Below, in pieces: positions 38,090-48,837 of a stretch of DNA of 64,000 bases. Below the pieces are notes generated by a model. The model saw nothing but the letters and a program-made list of their open reading frames with translations. It made no database searches and was not told the DNA's origin. The position numbers and the translations under genes are program-made. Position 1 is the first letter of the stretch; each line of letters opens with the position of its first letter. The stretch lies in IMG/VR virus record IMGVR_UViG_3300010348_001841. One strand, written 5' to 3'. The stretch comes from a virus (lineage: Duplodnaviria > Caudoviricetes).

Positions 38090-41000
38090 GACTCAGTTCG
38101 TAAAAAAGCTACCGGCGGTATTCCAAACCGTTACAGAGAAGAAATTCTTTGACGCCACCTTTGACCAAATATTTTCTAAGAAAGACAGTGACCTTCTTTC
38201 GGGATATCTAGGTCGTAGAGTTCCTGGCCAATATAAGCCTATCACAGATTTTTATTTGCCCGAACCAAGTAAGGACAGAACCTGGTGGCAACTCGAAGCT
38301 ACTGCTTTTGCACGAGACGAAGATACTACCAAGACAAACATCCTATTCTATCAGGACCTGTTGAATAGAATCGAATACTATGGCGGTAATACATTAAATC
38401 AAGATAGACTTTTCGAATCCGAATACTATAGCTGGGCACCGCCTATTGATTTTGATATGTTTATTAACTATCAGAATTATTACTGGATCGAACAGGGTCT
38501 TGTTACAATCACAATTACTGGTGTTATGGGTTCCGATATTATCGGTCAACCATCTTATACCACCCCGGGTACTGCGACACCGGCTAACCTTACCCTAACA
38601 ACAGGTATGAAGATTATCCTTACAGATGATCCAGCATATCAAGAACCACATACAGTCGAGAACATTGGAAATTGCATTGGTATTCGCTTGGTACCGCAGT
38701 TTCCGGATTTTACCGCAGGCACAATTTTTGAATTCTTGCCATGGGACGGAACTCTTGAGCTTGCTAACGGCCGCACAATTATCAATACCAACTGGGACGT
38801 TCAATCCTGGGATACGCAAGCTCAGCCAGGTAATGCAGATTACATTACCATCGAACGCGGTTCTGTAGATAGAAATCCATGGTCTCGCACAAATAAATGG
38901 TTCCACATTGAAGCAATTAACGCAACAGTTCAGGCAACTGGAACGCCTTTCCCAACAAACGCATCAAGAGCCCTAAGACCTATTATTCAGTTTACTGCTG
39001 ATCTAGAATTATATAAATCAGGTACGCAATTTCTGTCTAACATCTCTTACGGTATTCGTGATGATGTTTTTGGAAATCCTATTCTACTATCAACATACCA
39101 GGGGCAAACCGTTAACTTTGTTGATGCCGGGTTAGACATCAGCATACAAGATGGTGATCTTGTTGTGTTCATGAATGATGAAACTCTTAGCGGAAACCCA
39201 CCATACCTTGTAAATCAATATGTTTATTTGGTAAGCATTTCTGCAGGCATTGTTACATTCTCACCATACACTTCTTTTGCTACACCTGTTGTAGATGGTG
39301 ACATTGTTTTTGTTCAATTTGATGCAGGGTTTGACGGCACACAAAGAGGACAGACATGGTATTATGATAACGCTGTATGGCAGCAGGCATATAACGATAA
39401 GGTTTCAACAAATCAACCACCATTGTTTCAGCTTTATGACCATAGCGAAATTCCATTAGATGATCCTATAAAATACCCTAATAGCAATTTCCGTGGAAAT
39501 AAGATATTCTCTTATAAGGTTAATGATGAACCGGGCGCAACAGTCGACCCTGTTCTAAAATTTCCACTTGTCTATACATCTTTAGGTCAGGCCTCTGATA
39601 TTGTATTCCAGAACAACCTTATCACAGATAGATACGTTTACGGAAATAATTTATTGCCTATTGACGGATACTATTACTATACTAATTATGAAGGTATTGT
39701 CTACTACAATAGCTGGAATTTGTATTCACCATGCCCTTGCGATGACATTGTTCCACCTCCACCATGCAACTGCCTTGAAACAAGTAAGCAGAGAGTTATT
39801 GATAGGTATGTTGTAGGTTATGGTGCATCGTATCAATTTAAGCTAAGTGTCGAACCATATGGATATCCAGCAAGTCCAGATCTCATTGTATCTGTAAACA
39901 GTACAGAAATTAAGAGTGCTGCTGAACAAGTTAACGGATATACATTTGTGGTTATCAACAACAGTATCTATGTTGACCTTTCAGCATATCTATCAAATCT
40001 TTTATTGACGACACAATCTCAGCCACCTGTGGTTGAAATTGCAACATATACTCAAGGATTGCTTGATCCAGCGGCCACCGGTTACTACGAAATCCCTCAG
40101 CAACTAGAGGCAAATCCTTCTAATGAAGAAATTGGTGAAATCAGTGCAAGTAACCTAATTGAGCAATTCTCTTCTATCATTTCAAATCAAATTGGATTTA
40201 CAGGTTCCCCATTTGGCGGTGGCAACAATTACAGGGATTCAAGAAAGAACAGATCTCTGGGAGCCTTTATTCTACAGAATACTGCACCTTTACTAAAGAC
40301 AATGCTAATTTCATCCTCAGATGATTTAGACTTCATTGCAGGTGTAAGATTCAGCCAAGATGAATATACAAAATTCAAGAACAAATATGCAAGGACTGCA
40401 CTTCAGTTAATCAATCAGGGATTCAATCCTGTACAGTATCAAAATAACACAATTGTAGTTAGTGCGTGGGTTGAAGAAATTCTAAAGATTGTAAATGTAT
40501 CAAAGGAATTTTCAAACGCCTTTGCGTATTCCTACATGATTGCAAATGGCTCATCATTTGCAAACGAAACCCTGACTGTGCCGTTGTCGGGATTGGTGAC
40601 ATTAACAAACTATGTAGATCTTGCCGATCCAAAGAATGCACTATATATCTATGACCAGACTGGGCAAGAAAGATTGCTACTAATTGGTGTTGACTACGAA
40701 ATTGTATCAACTAATTTAAGTATTGATATTCAATTTAATATTGGTACAAATGTAAACGTTGGTGATACCATATTTGTTGCATTCTATAAGAATCCACTAC
40801 CTGCATACATTCCTTCAACACCTACAAAAGTAGGTGCGTATGGTGCATATATTCCAAGAATTGAACTCGATGAATCATACGCTATTCCGACAAATGTTAT
40901 CATCGGACACGATGGCTCGAAAACCATTGCATATGGAGACTATAGAGATCAACTTATCCTAGAACTCGAGAAAAGAATTTATAATCTTTTGCAATATAGA

Positions 41001-44000
41001 TTCCGCAATCAATATGCATTACCTCTACGCCTTGAATCTGTAAAATCGGGCTATTTTAGACAGACAAGATATTCAATTGAAGAATTTCTTGATATTACTG
41101 AATCTTATATTAACAAATGGTCTGCAAAAAATAAAGCAAATTACAGAGTAAATGAATTTGCTAAATTTGCACCTACAACGCCGTTATCGGAGTTGTGGAA
41201 ACTCTACAACTATACAGATGCAGAAGACGTAAACGGAAATAAACTAAATCTTCCCGGTAACTGGAAAGGCATTTTCCAATATTACTACGATACCTATTCT
41301 CCCGATACTCGTCCGTGGGAAATGCTTGGATTTAGCCAAGAACCATCTTGGTGGGTTTCTCAGTACGGCACAAATTGGTCATCAACAAATGCTGCACTAT
41401 GGGCAGACCTTGAGGCAGGTATTATCCGTCAAGGACCATCGGCAATTTTTGATCCAATTACCTTGCAACCACAACCTCAGGAAATGTGGGCTCGCCCTGG
41501 ATTGTCGGCAATTATTCCTGTCGATGCTCTTGGACAGATTATTCCTGTTACAACACTATTTGGTGTTGCCACATCGGGTAATCCGTATGCACCGTTTGAT
41601 GGATTTGATAAAGACTGGGTTTACGGTGACGGTGGGCCAGTTGAACAAGTTTGGATGTCGTCTTCTGCATATCCATTTAGTGTGCAAGAATTCTTATATC
41701 TAATGAGACCGGGCCCATTTGGTGAATATCTCTGGGATACAATCGGTACTGAGCTCTCGCCTGGTATGCTAACAGTGCCCGGCGTGGATAGCCCTGTACA
41801 ATCAAATACAAACTGGCAATATGTTCAAAATGACAATTATACAAATTCAGATCCATTCTTTGCATGGATGCGTCCAAAGAATGCCGATCAGGTAGTTCAT
41901 GCCGAATCTATTGATGGAGAAATTCAAGTAAAATTTGGATATCAACGCTGGATCAGTGATAGAATTTTATTCTTAGGGAAAGACGTTGGTACTACATTCG
42001 GCCAGAAGGTAAGGACCTTAGAAGTAAATCTAGCAAATAAATTAGCAGGCTTTACAAATAAAGACACAACCAACATCTATATTGAATCGGTAACACCGGG
42101 TGCCAGCACGTCAAATCTTATTGTTCCTACAAACAATTTTGATGTGAAACTATATAAGGGACAGCCTGTCAAGACATACGCATACAGCGGCGTAGTAATT
42201 AGGGCGCTAGTTGACGGAACTTTTGCTGTCTATGGATACGATTTACTGAATTCTGAATTTATTGTACTAGACAGATCTAACGAAAAGAATATTGACGTTA
42301 CAATCGGCGGAACACCTGCTGAGTTTCAATATTTTACACCTGGACAGACCTATAACCCCGGCGATATTGTTCGATACAACGGCGTTTATTATCTAAGTCA
42401 GGGTACACAGACTCCTCAAAAATTTGATCCTGCTGCTTGGCAGAAGCTAAAGGCATTACCAATAATCGGTGGTATTTCTGTAAACTACAGACCAGTTTCT
42501 CTAGAATCCTATACAAAAGTGCCTTACGGAACAATTCTCAAGTCGCCTCAAGAAGTGTTTGACCTTCTTATTGGTTGGGGTGCATACCTCGAAACACAAG
42601 GTTGGAAATTTGAGGATGTAAATACCGATACAAATCAAATTAGCGATTGGCTATATTCTGCAAAACAATTCCTATTCTGGCTAAACACAAATTGGGCGCC
42701 GGATGCATCTATACAGTTGAGCCCGGCAGCCAACAGATGCACACTTGTTGTTGAAGCAGGATACCCCGATGATGTCGAATCTATTTCAAATGGCGTCTAC
42801 AGTATTCTTGACAAATACGGCGTTGCAATAGCACCTAACAACACCATGACTGATAGAGATGGCCCTGCCATTTCTGTCGAACCAAGTAATTTGGCCGCCG
42901 GTGGAATTTATTTCTTGCAGGTAAATGCATCAGAGACGGAACACGTATTGATTTTTGATAATGTCACAAGTTTCAATGATGTGCTTTATAGCCCATTGTT
43001 GCGTGCAAGGCAACAACGCTTGCGTTTCTATGGATTTAGAAGCAATGGCTGGTATGGAAAAATGGAAGCACCTGGTTATCTAATTATCGATAATCAGCTT
43101 GTACCAAACTTCGATACAATTGTCGACGAAATGCGTTATTACTACGATCCGGACGTAACAATTGATAACCCAAGTCTTGAAGACCTCGGTAGACACCTCA
43201 TTGGTTACGAAAGCAAAAACTATCTCGATAACCTGCAGGTATCAAACGATGTACAATACCTATTCTACCAAGGTGCAATAAGACAGAAGGGAACTATTCA
43301 GGCACTTGATAAGTTGTTTAGATCTACAAAGGTACAAAGCAACGAAACAATTCAGGTATTTGAAGAGTGGGCACTAAAATTAGGCGATTTCGGTAATACA
43401 GTCGAACAGGTGTCAACTGAATTTATTTTGCGTCCGGAACAAAATGCCGGTGAAGTAATTGTTTCTAGATTGAATTTTGTTCCATCGCCAATTGGATTTG
43501 TAAAACAGATCAATATCTTGAATTCTGAAAACACATATCAAAATGTGCCTAAAGTCGTAATTTCAATGCCAGATGTTGATCCGTTGGATCCAAATTTGAC
43601 AGATATACCGAGAATAGCAAAAGCATATGCAGTGCTGGATGCATTAGGCCGTGTTTCGAGAATTGATATAACTGATCCGGGGTATGGTTACACATCGGCA
43701 CCAAGCGTAACGCTAGACTCGGGTGCTGAGCCTAATAACCTTGACAAATTCTATGCAGTATGGCAGGGCTCTATTGTAAGAGATCCTACACTCGAAAATA
43801 TTGTAGAAATTGATATTGACGATACAGAAAAATGGATTGTTAGACCAACTGATCCAGAATTTTCTCTAGAATTTCCTACAACAAATCTAATCGATTATCC
43901 GATGCCTAACGCCGGATATATAAATTTCAACGATGTAGATTGGTATTCGTTCGATGTTGATCAAACAGTCCTTTCCTGGGGAAATACTTCTCTAAATCCT

Positions 44001-47000
44001 ATCAAGGATCAATCAGTTTGGATTGCAAAAACATGGACAGAAGATTGGGCAGTTTACAAAATGTTCGACGTCACATCTTCTTCTGGCTTTGATGTCATTG
44101 AGGGTGCAAATGGTCTACAACTAAGAACAGACCCTTCGTATCTCATCACTCCGGAATTTTCAACAAGCGGAAATACAACAGATTTTGGAAATCTTATTAC
44201 ATTGTACATCAATGAAGCACAGGCTACAGCAACGGTTTCGGCAGGAAGTGTCTCATCCTTGACTATTACAAAGACAGGTATAAATTATTCTTCTGTCCCC
44301 GAAGTAACAATTACAGGAGATGGTATTGGTGCAACAGCAATTGCGCTTATTGCTGGCGGTCAAGTTTCTGATCTCATCATCACAAATCCGGGTTCCGGAT
44401 ATACATTTGCAAATGTGACAATCACACCACCGGGCTCTGTGTTGGGAGAAGGAAATTATTGTGTTGCATTTGAGTTCAATCAAAATGATACAAATACAGA
44501 TCCTACACATAATTATTATGATTTGTTGACATTAGACGGAACACCAATTTCGGCAACAGATATTTCTAACTACCCAAATTTTACAAATCTCTGTTTGTTC
44601 AAGACGCTAAGATTCGAAACTGAGCCTGCACCTGGCACACCTTCGTATGTGACCGTAGGTGATCGTATCTGGGTCGATAATGTTTCGAATAAATGGGAAG
44701 TTTTTGATGTAATTACACCTACAATTTCTATCCCATCGGGTCACCAACCACTACGTGTACAGGGCCCGATGATTGATACCTTCTTATTCCAGAGTGCAGA
44801 AGTATTCAACGCTAGAACAAGAACCGAGCTTGTAAGATTGCCTGTCTATGACCCATTCAAGGATATACTACCGGGACTTGCAAAACAGAATATCACATAT
44901 ATTTCTATGCAGGATCCTGCACGTTATAATGTGTCTGGTAATACAAGACTATTCAGTGAAAATATTACCTTTGGAGAAGCACAGGTAGGTAAACTCTGGT
45001 GGGATACATCAAACACCAGATATGTATATTACGAACAACCACAGGCGCTAAATGGCTCCGAAACTTCTACAGACAATCTTGTTTACAGAAGAGATCATTG
45101 GGGTCAACTATTCCCCGGTAGTGCTGTAGAAATTTATGAGTGGACAAAGAGTTCTGTGCCACCTGCTGAATATACAGGTACCGGGACACCACGTAGTACA
45201 ACCGAATATGTTCAAATTGTAACCTCTAACAGATTCACGAACATACAAGAAGTGAATTACTATTTCTGGGTCCTGACCCCTACCGATAAACCTAATATCG
45301 AAAATAGGACAATGGCGGCGCTTGATGTTGCAAGACTGTTGCAGAATCCTAAGGGACAAGGATTTGCATTCTTTGCGCCAATACAACAAACCAGTAATAA
45401 TAATTCATACATGTTCTACAATGTGCAAGAAATTCTTGCATATCAGGGCGACAACATTCAAATCAAATATCGCATTGGCCTCAGAGACGACCAAGAGCAT
45501 ACTCAATGGAAATTTTTCAGAGAGGGTGATCCTGCATCAATTGTTACCGATCAATATTGGAATAAACTTGTCGATAGCTTGTGCGGATATACAAAGGTAT
45601 TGCCACCAAGTAATGAATGGAGCAACAGTATCTTTGTAGGTAGCGATTTGCCGTGGGACATCTATGGCTGGGACATTGCACCATGGGACGATGCAACTGA
45701 TACAAATTCGGCCATTTACGGTGAAATTTTACCAGTGCCAGATCCTGCCCTAAGCAGCGCCGAGAAGTATGGTATTCAATATCGTCCAAGACAGGGGATG
45801 TTTGTAGATATCTATGCGGCAAGAAAAATCTTTGTTCAAGCCGGAAATAGCTTGTTGAAGCACATTCCTATTAGGGATGATAACCCAAGTTGGAATACAG
45901 GTGTTTCGACAGACATCTATTGGACCTATACCACATGGTATGAAGTGGGTTACGAAAATGTTACACCTACTGTTGTATTTGCAACATTGAGTGCAGCAAA
46001 TGCAGCACTTGTCGCAGGAGAACTAACCAACGGCACAATAGTACAGGTAACCAACGGAACACCGGATAATAGATTTGTAATGTATGCAGTCGAACAATTG
46101 AACCCAAATATTCCTACACAAAGTTTCAAGGAAGTGGCAATTGAGAACAGCGCAATCAAATTGCTTGATACAATCTATACCACAAAAAATCTATATGGAT
46201 TATCTGTAGAAATACGAGAACTTATGAATGCCTTTAGGACTCAGGTATTCATCAATGACAACATTGTTGATCAGAATGAATTGTATTTCTCAATGCTCAA
46301 TTATGTTTTGAGTGAACAGAAAGATCCTGACTGGGTATTCAAATCTTCATATATCTATGTCAAGGAAAATAATATTCCGTTGACACAAGATCCGTTGTAT
46401 ATTCCAGATCAAATCGACAATATCATCGAGTACATTATGGATGCAAAACCATATCATACTCAGATCCGTGATTATACAAGTACATACCTGACATCGGATA
46501 TCGCTATAGGTACAGCATCTGATTCTTACCTTGGTAAATTTACACTAACCTTTGGCCCTCAAACCTTTACCGGCCCGGATTATGAAGAAAATCTCCTTGA
46601 TGCGATGGCTGGCTGGGATTTGAATCAAGGTCAATTCACATCACCGTGGGATACCTTCAATTGGGACACATACAATATTGCCGATGTAATAGACCAATTT
46701 ATTTCAAGAAATCCTGTATTGCCTGCCTATAGTCCAGGTGTAGGAAATCCATGGCCGGATACCTATACCGTGCCATTGACTTTCTTTGACGTAAGCAAGA
46801 TTGGATATTCTCAATTGTATCCTTATACATTTGACTTCAACAGCCTAAATCTTGATAATCCACAGTCGTTTATTACACCTGCGAATATTGTTGCAATTCA
46901 GGTAGGATCTAATGTTCTTTATTATGGACAAGATTACTACGTCGAATATAACAACGATACCACCTACACTGTCTATTTCTACCAAGATCCGGGCTCGTCG

Positions 47001-47873
47001 CCAACTCCGGTTGCATTTGTATGGTGGGACGGCGGTAATATCATGAATGTAGATTTCAATACCTACAGGAATGAAATAGCACTAGGTTATGCATTCGATG
47101 ATCTAGTCATCAATGTCGATACTAAGTTGCCAGTCAACAATAACGACGGCAATCTCGAACCATATGTGGGTTGGGGAGAAATTTGGGAAGCGGTACCGGA
47201 CCCTGTAGCACAGGCTCTTATAGATAATGGTGGTTCTCCAGAGATCAGCTGGGACGCACCTTTGAACGCAGAACTGTTGCCTAATACAATCAGCTTCAAG
47301 CAAAATACAAACGACGAAGGTTCGGAATTCTATAGAAATGCAGAATTCTTTAGCGGAGAATTGGTTGTAGATTTACCTGCGCCTACTCAGGCAACAGAAA
47401 ATCTCGATGTTATTAGAGTCCTTATCCGTCCCGAAGCTCATCCTATCACTACTGATATACTCCCTGAGCCGGGCCCGGGTTCAATCCCTGGAGTCATCTG
47501 GATCGGTGGCGAAAGAATTGAATATCGTCAGAAAACACCGTATGCAGCAAATATATGGGATCTTACACTAGTAAGAAGAGGAACGATGGGAACAGCACCT
47601 ACAAATCATCCTGCAATGATTCCAAGTCTTGCTGATCCGTTGATTCTTGTTCCAAATCCTGTATGGATCGAAAAGGATAATGTATTGCCACCTGTAGCAA
47701 TTGATACAGTATGGAATGTATTTCCTCCTACATCGGCTGATCCGACAACAGAAACACCGCCTGCCTCAAATGAATACACTAGTGTCGAAAATGTGGCCAT
47801 TGGTGGACTTTGGTATGCCGAAACTGCGCAGGCTAATTTCATAAAAGAACAACAAGGTAAGAGCATTCCCTAA
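38088..47873 (+). CDS. Giant baseplate wedge/structural protein (3261 aa, gp7 position)
   Basis: Uninterrupted ORF after gp6; LPAVFQT..KKFF.AT.DQ start; KPYHTQIR near the C-terminus; internal G.GYT.AP.V Ig-like repeats. Confidence 0.75.
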   Translation: MTQFVKKLPAVFQTVTEKKFFDATFDQIFSKKDSDLLSGYLGRRVPGQYKPITDFYLPEPSKDRTWWQLEATAFARDEDTTKTNILFYQDLLNRIEYYGGNTLNQDRLFESEYYSWAPPIDFDMFINYQNYYWIEQGLVTITITGVMGSDIIGQPSYTTPGTATPANLTLTTGMKIILTDDPAYQEPHTVENIGNCIGIRLVPQFPDFTAGTIFEFLPWDGTLELANGRTIINTNWDVQSWDTQAQPGNADYITIERGSVDRNPWSRTNKWFHIEAINATVQATGTPFPTNASRALRPIIQFTADLELYKSGTQFLSNISYGIRDDVFGNPILLSTYQGQTVNFVDAGLDISIQDGDLVVFMNDETLSGNPPYLVNQYVYLVSISAGIVTFSPYTSFATPVVDGDIVFVQFDAGFDGTQRGQTWYYDNAVWQQAYNDKVSTNQPPLFQLYDHSEIPLDDPIKYPNSNFRGNKIFSYKVNDEPGATVDPVLKFPLVYTSLGQASDIVFQNNLITDRYVYGNNLLPIDGYYYYTNYEGIVYYNSWNLYSPCPCDDIVPPPPCNCLETSKQRVIDRYVVGYGASYQFKLSVEPYGYPASPDLIVSVNSTEIKSAAEQVNGYTFVVINNSIYVDLSAYLSNLLLTTQSQPPVVEIATYTQGLLDPAATGYYEIPQQLEANPSNEEIGEISASNLIEQFSSIISNQIGFTGSPFGGGNNYRDSRKNRSLGAFILQNTAPLLKTMLISSSDDLDFIAGVRFSQDEYTKFKNKYARTALQLINQGFNPVQYQNNTIVVSAWVEEILKIVNVSKEFSNAFAYSYMIANGSSFANETLTVPLSGLVTLTNYVDLADPKNALYIYDQTGQERLLLIGVDYEIVSTNLSIDIQFNIGTNVNVGDTIFVAFYKNPLPAYIPSTPTKVGAYGAYIPRIELDESYAIPTNVIIGHDGSKTIAYGDYRDQLILELEKRIYNLLQYRFRNQYALPLRLESVKSGYFRQTRYSIEEFLDITESYINKWSAKNKANYRVNEFAKFAPTTPLSELWKLYNYTDAEDVNGNKLNLPGNWKGIFQYYYDTYSPDTRPWEMLGFSQEPSWWVSQYGTNWSSTNAALWADLEAGIIRQGPSAIFDPITLQPQPQEMWARPGLSAIIPVDALGQIIPVTTLFGVATSGNPYAPFDGFDKDWVYGDGGPVEQVWMSSSAYPFSVQEFLYLMRPGPFGEYLWDTIGTELSPGMLTVPGVDSPVQSNTNWQYVQNDNYTNSDPFFAWMRPKNADQVVHAESIDGEIQVKFGYQRWISDRILFLGKDVGTTFGQKVRTLEVNLANKLAGFTNKDTTNIYIESVTPGASTSNLIVPTNNFDVKLYKGQPVKTYAYSGVVIRALVDGTFAVYGYDLLNSEFIVLDRSNEKNIDVTIGGTPAEFQYFTPGQTYNPGDIVRYNGVYYLSQGTQTPQKFDPAAWQKLKALPIIGGISVNYRPVSLESYTKVPYGTILKSPQEVFDLLIGWGAYLETQGWKFEDVNTDTNQISDWLYSAKQFLFWLNTNWAPDASIQLSPAANRCTLVVEAGYPDDVESISNGVYSILDKYGVAIAPNNTMTDRDGPAISVEPSNLAAGGIYFLQVNASETEHVLIFDNVTSFNDVLYSPLLRARQQRLRFYGFRSNGWYGKMEAPGYLIIDNQLVPNFDTIVDEMRYYYDPDVTIDNPSLEDLGRHLIGYESKNYLDNLQVSNDVQYLFYQGAIRQKGTIQALDKLFRSTKVQSNETIQVFEEWALKLGDFGNTVEQVSTEFILRPEQNAGEVIVSRLNFVPSPIGFVKQINILNSENTYQNVPKVVISMPDVDPLDPNLTDIPRIAKAYAVLDALGRVSRIDITDPGYGYTSAPSVTLDSGAEPNNLDKFYAVWQGSIVRDPTLENIVEIDIDDTEKWIVRPTDPEFSLEFPTTNLIDYPMPNAGYINFNDVDWYSFDVDQTVLSWGNTSLNPIKDQSVWIAKTWTEDWAVYKMFDVTSSSGFDVIEGANGLQLRTDPSYLITPEFSTSGNTTDFGNLITLYINEAQATATVSAGSVSSLTITKTGINYSSVPEVTITGDGIGATAIALIAGGQVSDLIITNPGSGYTFANVTITPPGSVLGEGNYCVAFEFNQNDTNTDPTHNYYDLLTLDGTPISATDISNYPNFTNLCLFKTLRFETEPAPGTPSYVTVGDRIWVDNVSNKWEVFDVITPTISIPSGHQPLRVQGPMIDTFLFQSAEVFNARTRTELVRLPVYDPFKDILPGLAKQNITYISMQDPARYNVSGNTRLFSENITFGEAQVGKLWWDTSNTRYVYYEQPQALNGSETSTDNLVYRRDHWGQLFPGSAVEIYEWTKSSVPPAEYTGTGTPRSTTEYVQIVTSNRFTNIQEVNYYFWVLTPTDKPNIENRTMAALDVARLLQNPKGQGFAFFAPIQQTSNNNSYMFYNVQEILAYQGDNIQIKYRIGLRDDQEHTQWKFFREGDPASIVTDQYWNKLVDSLCGYTKVLPPSNEWSNSIFVGSDLPWDIYGWDIAPWDDATDTNSAIYGEILPVPDPALSSAEKYGIQYRPRQGMFVDIYAARKIFVQAGNSLLKHIPIRDDNPSWNTGVSTDIYWTYTTWYEVGYENVTPTVVFATLSAANAALVAGELTNGTIVQVTNGTPDNRFVMYAVEQLNPNIPTQSFKEVAIENSAIKLLDTIYTTKNLYGLSVEIRELMNAFRTQVFINDNIVDQNELYFSMLNYVLSEQKDPDWVFKSSYIYVKENNIPLTQDPLYIPDQIDNIIEYIMDAKPYHTQIRDYTSTYLTSDIAIGTASDSYLGKFTLTFGPQTFTGPDYEENLLDAMAGWDLNQGQFTSPWDTFNWDTYNIADVIDQFISRNPVLPAYSPGVGNPWPDTYTVPLTFFDVSKIGYSQLYPYTFDFNSLNLDNPQSFITPANIVAIQVGSNVLYYGQDYYVEYNNDTTYTVYFYQDPGSSPTPVAFVWWDGGNIMNVDFNTYRNEIALGYAFDDLVINVDTKLPVNNNDGNLEPYVGWGEIWEAVPDPVAQALIDNGGSPEISWDAPLNAELLPNTISFKQNTNDEGSEFYRNAEFFSGELVVDLPAPTQATENLDVIRVLIRPEAHPITTDILPEPGPGSIPGVIWIGGERIEYRQKTPYAANIWDLTLVRRGTMGTAPTNHPAMIPSLADPLILVPNPVWIEKDNVLPPVAIDTVWNVFPPTSADPTTETPPASNEYTSVENVAIGGLWYAETAQANFIKEQQGKSIP

Positions 47874-47896
47874 TATAAAATAGGTACATAATTATC

Positions 47897-48046
47897 ATGA
47901 TAAATAAAGAAAACAAAGACAATCAAACCTCAACAGAACCTAAGAAAGATTCGGGTTTTGTTGATGTTGCAAAAATGGATGTGCAATGTCATGTCCTTAT
48001 AAAAGATAAAGACACAGGCAAAGTTCTTGTGAATAAAAGGGGCTAA
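47897..48046 (+). CDS. Small virion protein (49 aa), not in the ORF track
   Basis: MINKENK...DVQCHVLIKDKDTGKVLVNKRG resembles the N-terminus of the next gene (VQGFVKILDSDTREILVDTHN). Confidence 0.6.
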   Translation: MINKENKDNQTSTEPKKDSGFVDVAKMDVQCHVLIKDKDTGKVLVNKRG

Positions 48047-48047
48047 G

Positions 48048-48809
48048 ATGTTCGATAAAATTCCATGTTCGGTACAGGGATTCGTGAAGATACTCGACAG
48101 TGACACTCGTGAAATCCTAGTCGATACTCATAACGACGTCCTTTACGGAAATATGTCAGCCGCTTTAGCCCATGCGCTAATAGGCAATTCAAATAGTTTT
48201 CTTTATTATATGGCATTCGGTAATGGTGGTGCTTATGTAGGACCTACCGGTACTATTTCTTATAAACCATCACTTGGTGGTGCCGGAAGTCTTATAAAGA
48301 ATCCTACCGCCAATCTTTACAATACAATTTATGTGAAGAAATTGTCTAACGATGCAACAGACAATCCTAGCTATGATCAGTTGTCAAAGGCTTATATCCC
48401 AAATGAAAACTTTGCTACAAACTACGAAGACATCATAGTCGATGTAACGTTGAATTATAGCGAACCCCCAACAGGAATTACTTCTTCTACAACAATTCAG
48501 CAACTACCACTTGATAATTCGAGTTTTGTAGGAACAGCATCATCCACTACCGGTGCATTTGATCCTAATACTTTGGTATTCAATGAAATTGGATTATTTG
48601 CAGGTTCAAATAATTTGTTTACCGGTGGTTTTACATCAACCACAACAGATGTTGAAAATTTTGTTACACAAGGTGTAAATTTTTCTAATACACCTGGTGC
48701 CAAATCTAAGCTTATGCTTACTCATGTTATTTTTCACCCGGTTCAGAAATCCGCAAATAGGTCACTTGAGATCATCTATACTCTAAGAGTTCAGATGGGT
48801 GCAGCCTGA
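48048..48809 (+). CDS. Baseplate/tail-fibre attachment structural protein
   Basis: MAFGNGG, FNEIGL, LTHVIFHPVQKSANR.LEI.YTLRVQ. Confidence 0.65.
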   Translation: MFDKIPCSVQGFVKILDSDTREILVDTHNDVLYGNMSAALAHALIGNSNSFLYYMAFGNGGAYVGPTGTISYKPSLGGAGSLIKNPTANLYNTIYVKKLSNDATDNPSYDQLSKAYIPNENFATNYEDIIVDVTLNYSEPPTGITSSTTIQQLPLDNSSFVGTASSTTGAFDPNTLVFNEIGLFAGSNNLFTGGFTSTTTDVENFVTQGVNFSNTPGAKSKLMLTHVIFHPVQKSANRSLEIIYTLRVQMGAA

Positions 48810-48837
48810 TAAATAACAGAAACTAAGGAATTTTATA

